DNA of 64,000 bases from Candidatus Omnitrophota bacterium. GTDB taxonomy: Bacteria > Omnitrophota > Gorgyraeia > Gygaellales > Profunditerraquicolaceae. Shown piece by piece: positions 18,411 to 27,382 of the stretch (positions are counted from its first letter, which is position 1; each line of letters starts with the position of its first letter). The notes under the pieces were generated by a model. The model had not been told where the DNA came from. It saw only the letters and a program-made list of their open reading frames with translations, and did not search any database. Made by a program: the position numbers and the translations under genes. The DNA lies in NCBI GenBank assembly GCA_041650835.1, contig JBAZKL010000002.1:142477-206476 (forward strand), in the 5' to 3' direction.

Positions 18411-19358
18411 ATGAACATTATATTCTTCGGAAGTTCGCATTTCGGCGTTGCAGCGTTAAAAGAAATTCTTCGTTCAGAGGTGAGCGTTTCTGCCGTGGTG
18501 ACTCAGCCGGATAAACCCAAAGGCCGGGGCATGCATGTCTCTTCGACCCTGGTCAAAGAGACTGCTCAGGCGGCAGGCATACCTGTCTTTCAACCGGTAC
18601 AGGTAAATGCCCTGGAATCGGTCCGGTTCATAAAGGGGTTAGACCCCGACCTTTTTATTGTTATCGCTTATGGGCAGATATTATCGCAGGAAATCTTAGA
18701 TATACCCCGGATCGCGTCGATTAACGCGCACGCGTCGCTTTTGCCGAAATACCGGGGAGCAGCGCCGATCAATTGGGCTATCATGAACGGCGAGAAAACA
18801 ACGGGAGTGAGCATTATTAAAATGGTCAGAAAAATGGATGCCGGGCCGCTCATCATAAAAAAGGAAGTCCCGATCTTAGAGGAACATACGGCGGTAAGCC
18901 TGGAAGAAGCATTATCCGCTTTGACCGCTCAGTTGATCCCCGAATCGATACGAATGATCGCCCGCCGGGATTACACGCTTATTCCCCAGGATGAATCAAA
19001 AGTGGTTCACGCACCCAAGCTGAAGAAGGAAAACGGCTTAATAGAGTGGCAGTCTACGGCTGAGGAGATACAAAACCATATCAGAGGGTGCCTTCCCTGG
19101 CCGGGAAGCTTCACCTATTACCGCTCGCAGATCCTCAAAATATATAAATCAGCGACAGTAGGGCCGTATTGCTTTGACCCTGTCCGCTTCGGATGCGGCA
19201 GTGTCGTGCATACCGAAAAAAAAGGGATCCTTGTCGCGACCGGCAGCGGTTGTATCCGTATTTTAGAATTACAGCTGCAGGGAAAGCGGATCATGAAAGC
19301 TGAGGAATTTATCGCGGGCCATAAAATCCAACCCGGCGAAGTATTCGGCAAAAAGTAG
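18411..19358 (+). CDS. fmt: Methionyl-tRNA formyltransferase
   Basis: MNIIFFGSS.F...NAHASLLPKYRGAAPINWAIMNGEKTTGVSIIKM... plus the C-terminal Fmt domain. Confidence 0.85.
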   Translation: MNIIFFGSSHFGVAALKEILRSEVSVSAVVTQPDKPKGRGMHVSSTLVKETAQAAGIPVFQPVQVNALESVRFIKGLDPDLFIVIAYGQILSQEILDIPRIASINAHASLLPKYRGAAPINWAIMNGEKTTGVSIIKMVRKMDAGPLIIKKEVPILEEHTAVSLEEALSALTAQLIPESIRMIARRDYTLIPQDESKVVHAPKLKKENGLIEWQSTAEEIQNHIRGCLPWPGSFTYYRSQILKIYKSATVGPYCFDPVRFGCGSVVHTEKKGILVATGSGCIRILELQLQGKRIMKAEEFIAGHKIQPGEVFGKK

Positions 19359-19386
19359 TTGCAAGCCTATTAAATTTTGATATAAT
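19359..19386 (+). promoter_or_regulatory. Sigma70-like promoter candidate upstream of the GalT-like gene
   Basis: TTGCAA at 19359-19364, 16-bp spacer, TATAAT at 19381-19386. Confidence 0.4.
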
Positions 19387-19456
19387 ATCTATCACTTGTT
19401 TTTCAACACCCTGCGTAAACAAAAGACATAATACCAGCACACAATTAAACAAAACC

Positions 19457-20485
19457 ATGCCTGAATTACGAAAAGATCCTGTTATCGGACGATGGGTGAT
19501 TATCGCCACTGAACGGGCACGCAAGCCCGACCAGTTTGCCGGCGCGCAAGTCGAAAACCGGGCGGAAAAACCTTGCCCTTTTTGTGAAGGTAAAGAATCG
19601 CAGACTTCCCCGGAAATTTACTCGGTCCGCCCAAAATTATCGGCTCCCAATACTCCGGGATGGGACTTGAGGGTTGTCCCCAGTGTTACGCCCTTCCTGC
19701 GCATTGAAGGCGATCTGGACCGCCGCGGCAAAGGCCTATACGATGTGATGAATGGCGTTGGCGCTCATGAGATCATCGTAGAGACCAACGCGCATATTGC
19801 CGGCATGGCTGACTTAAGCGTCGAACAGATCACTCAAGTGATCTCCTGTTATGTCGACAGGATCGTTGATCTGGAAAAAGATAAACGCTTTAAATACGCG
19901 CTGGTCTTTAAAAATTACGGATGGATCGCCGGAGGGGGGAGCGTAAAACATTCCCGTTCGCAGTTAATAGCTACGCCCGTCAATCCTAAACGCGTCAAGG
20001 AAGAACTCGTCGGCGCGCGGCATTACTATGAACTCCATGAGCGCTGCATTTTCTGCGATTTAATTAAACAGGAGCTTGATTCAAAAGAACGCCTTATTTT
20101 GGACGTTGACGGTTTTATCGCGATCACGCCGTTTGCCTCACGCTTTCCTTTCGAAGTGTGGATACTGCCTAAAAAGCATTCTTGCGATTTTGTGAATCTC
20201 GATATGCCCAGCCGCGGCAATCTGGCGCGGATCATGAAGGCGGTACTTTCAAAATTAAAAAAAGGATTAAATGACCCGGCATTTAACTACGTTTTACATA
20301 CCGCACCTTTTAAGCGGCAGAAGGGGGCGTATTGGAGAAGTATTGAGGATGATTATCACTGGCATATTGAAATTATGCCTTCATTAACTAAGGTTGCCGG
20401 CTTTGAATGGGGAACGGGTTTTTATATCTGTCCTATGCCGCCGGAAACCGCCGCAAAGTTTTTACGGGAAGTAAATGTCAGTTAG
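19457..20485 (+). CDS. GalT-family (galactose-1-phosphate uridylyltransferase / HIT-like) paralog with substituted active-site motif (H-S-R instead of H-P-H)
   Basis: Family blocks: DPVIGRWVIIATERARKP, CPFCEG (zinc CxxC), FKNYGWIAGG and the C-terminal FASRFPFEVWILPKKH. The nucleophile motif reads KHSRSQ where the family has HPHxQ. Confidence 0.7.
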   Translation: MPELRKDPVIGRWVIIATERARKPDQFAGAQVENRAEKPCPFCEGKESQTSPEIYSVRPKLSAPNTPGWDLRVVPSVTPFLRIEGDLDRRGKGLYDVMNGVGAHEIIVETNAHIAGMADLSVEQITQVISCYVDRIVDLEKDKRFKYALVFKNYGWIAGGGSVKHSRSQLIATPVNPKRVKEELVGARHYYELHERCIFCDLIKQELDSKERLILDVDGFIAITPFASRFPFEVWILPKKHSCDFVNLDMPSRGNLARIMKAVLSKLKKGLNDPAFNYVLHTAPFKRQKGAYWRSIEDDYHWHIEIMPSLTKVAGFEWGTGFYICPMPPETAAKFLREVNVS

Positions 20486-20894
20486 TATGCGTGAGCTGAC
20501 GCTAGATATTGTTAAAGTAGTTGCTCAAAATAGTGTGATAGTAACCCGCACCTCGTAAGCATGCGCAAAATTTCCTCATTTCCAAGAGGTGCGCAAAAAT
20601 TTCTTTTAAATTTTTGCGGTGCAACGTTGTGGGAAATGAGGAAATTTTATGCGCATACTCGGTGGGGTTTGCGGCAGAAAGCCGCATACCGGCGCAATAC
20701 CGCCGCAGTAAGCGGCGTACCCAGCCACACCAATTAGGCTGGGTGCTATCTGCGCCGGGTGACGCTGAATAAAGAATTAAGGTGCATGAAACAGGGAGTA
20801 ATGACCCGCACCTCGTAAACGCACGAGAAATTTCTTCGAAATTTCTTTCGTGCACTCGGTGGGGTTTCGCTGAATAAAGCTTTAAGGTGCTCAA
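20486..20894 (+). repeat. Family-C structured repeat array. It consists of about three tandem units, each with a hairpin and each ending in the boundary motif gct.aataaag.tttaaggtgc.
   Basis: Repeated 'ccgcacctcgtaa(g/a)c...' unit starts. Hairpins gcgcaaaatttcctcatttcc/ggaaatgaggaaattttatgcgc and cacgagaaatttcttc/gaaatttctttcgtg. An extra stem-loop cluster gcggcagaaagccgc, cggcgcaataccgccg, acccagcc(N11)ggctgggt. The boundary motif occurs 3 times, and the last copy supplies the AAGGTG RBS plus ATG of the downstream gene. Confidence 0.75.
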
Positions 20895-21914
20895 ATGTCA
20901 GAATTACGCAGAGATACGATAACAGGAAGATGGGTCATTGTTAATACCGACAGCCCCTCAAAACCATCCGATTATGAGCGGGAAGTCCAGGTTTTAAAAG
21001 GCGGCGTCTGCCCTTTTTGTTACGGAAACGAGTCTCAAACTCCTCCTGAGATCGTGGCTATAAGAGAGCCCAGTACTACGCCTAATTCTCCCGGCTGGCA
21101 GGTCCGTGTTGTTTCGAATAAATTCCCCGCCCTGCAAATAGAAGGTGATTTAGACCGCAGAGGATCAGGGATCTATGATATGTCTAACGGGATAGGCGCC
21201 CATGAAGTAGTTATTGAGACCCCGTATCATACCAAGGGGTTTTCCGATCTTTTAGAACTCGAAATAGAAAATGTTATTACGATGTGCATGCAGCGAACGC
21301 TCGATCTTTTAAAGGACAAGCGCTTTAAGTACATTATGATATTTAAGAATGTGGGTGCGGCCGCGGGCGCGTCAATGGAACATCCGCATACGCAGATCGT
21401 AGCGCTTCCTATGGTGCCCAAGAATGTGAAAGAAGAGATATTAGGCGCTCATAAATATTTTGAATACCGCGACCGGTGTTTGTATTGCGATATGCTGCGC
21501 CAGGAAGCACAGGATAAAGAGCGTATTGTGTCGGAAAACAAGCTTTTTATGGCGTTCTGCCCCTTTGTTTCGCGGTTTCCTTTTGAAATATGGATCGTTC
21601 CTAAAAGGCATAACAGTTTCTTTTGCCTGATGTCTTCAGACGAAAAAACGGCACTCGCGGCAATTATGAAAGATACCGTGGGAAAGCTCAAACATGTCTT
21701 CGGGGATCTAGCCTATAATTCTATTATACATTCCTCACCCTTGAATAGCGAGACCAGTATCGATAGTTATCATTGGCATATGGAATTCATGCCGAAATTG
21801 ACCCGCGTGGCGGGTTTCGAATGGGGGACAGGTTTTTATGTGGTACCGACGCCCCCTGAAGTTGCAGCGCAATATTTAAGAGAAGAAGAACCACAGCAAA
21901 CTAAAGTTGGTTAA
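20895..21914 (+). CDS. galT: Galactose-1-phosphate uridylyltransferase-family enzyme (intact His-Pro-His active site)
   Basis: DTITGRWVIVNTD...KP, CPFCYG, FKNVGAAAGASMEHPHTQIVALP (HPH nucleophile motif), FVSRFPFEIWIVPKRH. Confidence 0.75.
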   Translation: MSELRRDTITGRWVIVNTDSPSKPSDYEREVQVLKGGVCPFCYGNESQTPPEIVAIREPSTTPNSPGWQVRVVSNKFPALQIEGDLDRRGSGIYDMSNGIGAHEVVIETPYHTKGFSDLLELEIENVITMCMQRTLDLLKDKRFKYIMIFKNVGAAAGASMEHPHTQIVALPMVPKNVKEEILGAHKYFEYRDRCLYCDMLRQEAQDKERIVSENKLFMAFCPFVSRFPFEIWIVPKRHNSFFCLMSSDEKTALAAIMKDTVGKLKHVFGDLAYNSIIHSSPLNSETSIDSYHWHMEFMPKLTRVAGFEWGTGFYVVPTPPEVAAQYLREEEPQQTKVG

Positions 21915-21929
21915 ATATTACCAGCGTAA

Positions 21930-23012
<1,083 letters not shown>

Positions 23013-23040
23013 GAGGCAGTTTACGAAAGATACTATAAAA

Positions 23041-23069
23041 AAGGCGGAGGAAGATCTCCGCCTTTTTTA
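23041..23069 (+). terminator. Rho-independent terminator after gap
   Basis: aaggcggag-gaagat-ctccgcctt followed by a T-run (tttttt). Confidence 0.6.
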
Positions 23070-23099
23070 TTTATTCAACCTGGAATTACAACTAAAAGA

Positions 23100-25370
23100 A
23101 TGAATATTGTTTTAGCAGGCACGATTATACTTATAGGTTTAAGCGGGATTGTCGCCCAGATAGTTTTATTGCGCGAGTTATTGACGGCTTTTTACGGCAA
23201 TGAACTTATTATAGGCGTAATTTTCGCGAATTGGATTTTATGGGAATCTCTGGGCGTGATCTTATGCGCGCCGCTTGCCTGCCGGATGAAAAACGCCTTT
23301 AATCTATGTTGCGCTTTTTTACTGGCTTTCGCTTGCGCGTTTCCCGCTTCTGTTTTCATCACGCGCATTTTTAAAACGCTCGCCGGTATCTCCGTCGGTG
23401 AAGCGACAGGGTTTTCTGCCGTATTTCTGGCGACGCTTGCGGTTAATTCAATTACGGGTTTTCTTCACGGCGGATTATTCAGCTGCGCTTTAAAATTAAA
23501 CGCCCAATACCGCTCTCACCCGTCATTGGGCATTGCGAATGTTTACGCGTTGGAAACGGTGGGGACCCTTCTCGGAGGCATACTCTTAAGCTTCTTTTTT
23601 TTAGGACACTGGAACTCTTTTCAAACAGCTCACCTGATCGCTTTTGCTCATCTGAGCGCTGTAGTTATCATATGCGTATATTTCAACCGGGGCCGTTGCC
23701 GGCGTTATCTATTGGGCCTCACCCTGGGGTTGGGAATGCTTTTCTTGTCTGTGCCTGCCGATTTTATTCATAAACGCTCGCTCCATATCCAGTGGAAGGG
23801 CGTCGAAGTCCAGGAGTATAAGAATTCAGTTTACGGGAATATCATGGTAACCAAACGCCTCGGGCAACAAACAGTTTTTTATAATGGGATCCCCGCAATA
23901 GTAACGCCGGTCCCCGATATCGTTTCTCTTGAAGAATTCGCGCATTTCCCGCTGCTCCTGCATGAACAGCCGAAGAATATTTTGGTAATTAACGCTGCGG
24001 CGGGAGGTTTTATCCGCGAGATACTCAAACACGGTCCTGAACGGCTCGATTACCTGGAACTGGACCCGCAAGTCATTGCGATGCTAAAAAAATACCCTAC
24101 GGCTCTCACCGCGGAGGAATTATCAAACCAGCGCGTGCGTATATTCCCTGTTGACGGAAGATTTTTTATACGCACAACCACTACGAAGTATGATATTGTT
24201 TTGATCGGCGTCTCAGGGCCGGGGGATTTAAGTTCCAACCGTTTTTTTACGCTTGAATTCTTTGATCTGCTTAAGAAAACCGTAAATCCGAAAGCTATAA
24301 TCGCTTTTCGTTTACCCGGTTCACAAACATATTTCAGTAAAGAGCTCCTTGATTTGAATTCCTGCATTTATCAAGGGCTCAGAAGCGTTTTTCCCTGCGT
24401 GCGTGTTATTCCCGGTGATTTAACGCTCTATTGCGCTTCAACCGATAATACAATCCTGAGTTTGAACGCAGGGGACCTCATGCGCCGCTTTGAGGAGCGT
24501 TTTATACGCAGTCCGGTGATTTCATTGCCGTACCTAGGTTATCGCTTTAATGAAGCGTCTGAAAGAGATCTTTTGATAGCCCTGCAAAATACGGCTGCCG
24601 GAGAAAACCGGGATATGTTTCCGGTCGCCTTATATTATATGCAATCATTCTGGAATAAACAATTCTCGCCCGGACTGGTGAGGTTTTTCAGTTTATTGAG
24701 AGTATTTAATATGCGTACGGCTGCGGCGGTCATATTCTTGGGGTTAGCTTCAGCTTTATTGATCTTTCGTAAAAAACCGAAGAGCCTTCATGATTTATCC
24801 ATTCTCTATAGTATCGCTACAACAGGCTTTGCCGGAATGCTTTTAAACCTTATCCTGATCTTTACGTTTCAGGTGTATTACGGATTTATCTATCAATGGA
24901 TAGGGATATTAGTGGCAGTTTTTATGGCTGGCGCGGCAATGGGGAGTTTTGTAATGACGCGGGAGAGTGAGAGCCTTGAGAGATCACTCGGTCTTATGCG
25001 TTTTTTTGAAGGGGCTGTCCTTATGTTTTCTTTATTACTGGCATTTATTTTAAAAGAAAATTTTATGAATAGAGGGACCGCATATATGAGTTTTTTAACG
25101 CTTTTCCTGGTTTCAGGAATACTTGTCGGCGCGGAATTTCCCCTCGCCTGCCGGCTATTCCTTAAATCCTCTGAGCAGGCAAGCATGGCTGGCAGCGTGC
25201 TTTATTTTGTCGATCTGGCCGGAGGGTGGGCAGCAGGCTTACTGGGAGGTATTTTCTTTCTGCCGATTTTAGGAGTGTTTAAGAGCTGTGTGCTTTTGGC
25301 ACTCTTGAAGTTAAGCAGCCTGGTACTGCTTTTTCTATCGCGAACAAAAAATAACTATTCTACCTCGTAA
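23100..25370 (+). CDS. Fused polytopic membrane protein with a central spermidine-synthase-like (aminopropyltransferase fold) domain
   Basis: N- and C-terminal multi-TM regions. The central soluble domain has SpeE-like blocks (ILVINAAAGGFIREILKH, YLELDPQVI, DIVLIGVSGPGD) but lacks the acidic residues of the canonical GGGDGG and D-S-S-D motifs. Confidence 0.55.
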   Translation: MNIVLAGTIILIGLSGIVAQIVLLRELLTAFYGNELIIGVIFANWILWESLGVILCAPLACRMKNAFNLCCAFLLAFACAFPASVFITRIFKTLAGISVGEATGFSAVFLATLAVNSITGFLHGGLFSCALKLNAQYRSHPSLGIANVYALETVGTLLGGILLSFFFLGHWNSFQTAHLIAFAHLSAVVIICVYFNRGRCRRYLLGLTLGLGMLFLSVPADFIHKRSLHIQWKGVEVQEYKNSVYGNIMVTKRLGQQTVFYNGIPAIVTPVPDIVSLEEFAHFPLLLHEQPKNILVINAAAGGFIREILKHGPERLDYLELDPQVIAMLKKYPTALTAEELSNQRVRIFPVDGRFFIRTTTTKYDIVLIGVSGPGDLSSNRFFTLEFFDLLKKTVNPKAIIAFRLPGSQTYFSKELLDLNSCIYQGLRSVFPCVRVIPGDLTLYCASTDNTILSLNAGDLMRRFEERFIRSPVISLPYLGYRFNEASERDLLIALQNTAAGENRDMFPVALYYMQSFWNKQFSPGLVRFFSLLRVFNMRTAAAVIFLGLASALLIFRKKPKSLHDLSILYSIATTGFAGMLLNLILIFTFQVYYGFIYQWIGILVAVFMAGAAMGSFVMTRESESLERSLGLMRFFEGAVLMFSLLLAFILKENFMNRGTAYMSFLTLFLVSGILVGAEFPLACRLFLKSSEQASMAGSVLYFVDLAGGWAAGLLGGIFFLPILGVFKSCVLLALLKLSSLVLLFLSRTKNNYSTS

Positions 25371-25628
25371 GCATACGCAAAACTTCGGGATGCTTCTTTT
25401 ATGCAAAAGTGCCTGCTCACCCTCCTGCGCACTTTAAATTTACTATTAAATGCTGACGGCGTGCTTCGGAGGACTGCGCTCAATAAAGCTTTGAGGTGGA
25501 ACTACTCCGACTCATAAGAAGCGTGCCCACCCAAACAGCTAAACACTTCGGAAATTCTTCCGCTTCGCTCCATAATTTCCTCGTAGCTGTTTGAGTTTCG
25601 CTAGATAAAGCTTTAAGGTGCTCAAAAG
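25360..25628 (+). repeat. Family-C structured repeat (two units), beginning over the stop codon of the upstream gene
   Basis: ctacctcgtaagcatacgcaaaa...(hairpins)...gcgctcaataaagctttgaggtgg, then a second unit ending gctagataaagctttaaggtgctcaaaag. Shares unit-start and unit-end motifs with 20486-20894. Confidence 0.7.
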
Positions 25629-25722
25629 TCAATAAAAAGGGGAAAGAGCAGCTTTACATTCCTTAACAATTTTAGTAAAGTAATTAAACTAGAATAACGG
25701 ACAAAAAAAGGAGCGTTCAGGT

Positions 25723-26964
25723 ATGCAGCCGTATCCTGCGCTATCAGAAATCCAAGATTCTGAAAAAGATCCTTTTAAAGCATTTTTAAGCGACAGCCTG
25801 GAGAGTTGCTTAAAAACCGTTAATGCTCAATCAGGATCAATATTTTTGATCGATAAAAAGAACAAGGACAGGCTTTTTCTCGAAGTAGCCCGTAATAGAG
25901 AAGGCAAAATATTTGATAACGTAAAACTTCGCCTGGGTGAGCGTATAGTTGGTAAAGTCGCCCGGGACCGTAAGCCTCTTTTTATATCCGACCTTGACCG
26001 GGAGAAAGAATTTGAATCAATGCCCCGGTACCTGCATTACACCTCGAAATCACTCCTATCAGTTCCCCTGGAACACGCGCATGAGTTGATCGGCGTCGTT
26101 AATATTACCGATAAAATGAGCGGAGCGGCTTTTAGTCATACTGATTTTTCTAAGGTTTTAAGTATTGCGCGCGATCTAGGCGTTGCTACGGACATGCTTA
26201 AAGGATATTTGGAGCGCCTCAGGAAAGTGAATTTAAGCCTTTTGATGCAGCTTAATGATCTTAAAGGTGCCGTAGCGCGTGCAAATAAATACTGTACTCT
26301 GGGAAAGTTTTCGGGAGATATCCTGCATGCCATAAACGGCCCTCTCGACGGGATCATTCGCTACATTAACTTAGCGTACCACCAGTTAGAAAATGAGACT
26401 TCGGGAAAACGCTATTTAAAGAATGCTGCCGAAGGTTTGTCGAGGCTTACGAGAGTGGTAAATTCCATCGCAACCTTGAAACGGATGATCCCTGATGAAC
26501 CAACTACTGTTGATGTTACCCGGGAACTTAATAATTGCATCACTGCATTTAATAATGATTTTAAGCTAAGGCATATAAACTTTCAGGAATTCTTACTGCC
26601 CTGCGCATTACTGGTGCCGGATTTCGGGCTGAAACTCGTTTTTACCGGTATTATGCAGAATGCCGCCGAAGCGATGAAACAAGGGGGGATGGTAAATATT
26701 TATTCGCAAGTTCAAAGCGGATGCCTTGAGATCAGATTCACTGACTCCGGATGCGGCATCCCTGAAAGCCTGTTAAAAAAGGTCTTTGAGCCATTTTTTA
26801 CGACTAAAGCCGATGATGGCGCGTTGGGGATGGGTTTAACGGTCGCGCATGAAATAATACAAAAATATAAAGGTTCCATTTTCATTGAAAACATTCCCGC
26901 AGGAGGCACCTCTGTTACGGTATCGGTGCCCGTCGCGGCAAATTCTCTCCACGATAATGAGTAA
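25723..26964 (+). CDS. GAF-domain sensor histidine kinase (orphan; no response regulator adjacent)
   Basis: N-terminal GAF-like region. Candidate H-box near ILHAINGPLDGI. C-terminal HATPase_c blocks (N, G1 DSGCGIP, G2 GLGMGLTVAHEI). Confidence 0.6.
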   Translation: MQPYPALSEIQDSEKDPFKAFLSDSLESCLKTVNAQSGSIFLIDKKNKDRLFLEVARNREGKIFDNVKLRLGERIVGKVARDRKPLFISDLDREKEFESMPRYLHYTSKSLLSVPLEHAHELIGVVNITDKMSGAAFSHTDFSKVLSIARDLGVATDMLKGYLERLRKVNLSLLMQLNDLKGAVARANKYCTLGKFSGDILHAINGPLDGIIRYINLAYHQLENETSGKRYLKNAAEGLSRLTRVVNSIATLKRMIPDEPTTVDVTRELNNCITAFNNDFKLRHINFQEFLLPCALLVPDFGLKLVFTGIMQNAAEAMKQGGMVNIYSQVQSGCLEIRFTDSGCGIPESLLKKVFEPFFTTKADDGALGMGLTVAHEIIQKYKGSIFIENIPAGGTSVTVSVPVAANSLHDNE

Positions 26965-27109
26965 GCCCTTTAAGTAGCTCCCATGCCTGTGCACCGGCAT
27001 ATCGGATGAGCTATAGTAGTGAAATCCCATTCAAAAAAAGGGCTTACTCAGTTTCTCCCTCTAAGAAATATTATTTTTGCTCACCGTTTTCGATGCTCGG
27101 TTTTCGCCG

Positions 27110-27262
27110 GGCGGTTGCCGTTTAAGTCATCCTACCCGAATAATGATAACACCCCGCGCTAATCGCACCCAGCCTCATTGGAATGGCTGGGTATGCCGCT
27201 TTTCTGCGGCAGTATTGCGCGGGGTGTGCTGCTTTCTGCAGCACCGATTACCATTAATATAT
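27110..27262 (-). repeat. Family-C structured element in inverted orientation
   Basis: The reverse complement of 27150-27250 aligns base-by-base with 20676-20770 (tgcNgcagaaagcNgc...gcgcaatac.gccgcag.aaagcggc.tacccagcc...ggctgggtgc). Differences fall as compensatory pairs in stems (gcggc/gccgc versus gctgc/gcagc). Confidence 0.7.
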
Positions 27263-27291
27263 TTGACAACCATTCCAATTTATTATATATT
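27263..27291 (+). promoter_or_regulatory. Sigma70-like promoter candidate upstream of pgk
   Basis: TTGACA at 27263-27268, about 17-bp spacer, TATATT at 27286-27291. It lies about 90 bp upstream of the pgk ATG. Confidence 0.35.
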
Positions 27292-27382
27292 AAACAAACA
27301 TTCGGTTTTGCATGTTATTTATCCGCAATACGTATTCTTTCTGGAAATCGTTTAAGGATCAATTATAAAAAAGGAGCAACCG

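Noticed and set aside
20502-20894. 130-aa minus-strand ORF (MSTLKLYSAKPHRV...) spanning the galT1-galT2 spacer
   Set aside because: It lies entirely inside the family-C hairpin or repeat array. Its 'protein' is translation of palindromes with low complexity and Cys/Arg-rich odd composition. It has no RBS, and the region is better explained as structured RNA or repeat.
20486-20894. Possible CRISPR array (repeated about 27-nt boundary motif with intervening sequence)
   Set aside because: Only 3-4 repeats. 'Spacers' are 80-250 bp, unequal, and themselves similar to each other and internally palindromic. There are no cas genes in the window. It is not a CRISPR architecture.
26959-27048. Long-range inverted repeat agtaagcccttt ... 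aaagggcttact flanking a 66-nt segment right after the histidine-kinase stop
   Set aside because: It could be a terminator-like stem but has a very large loop and no U-tract. I noted it but did not call it a feature.
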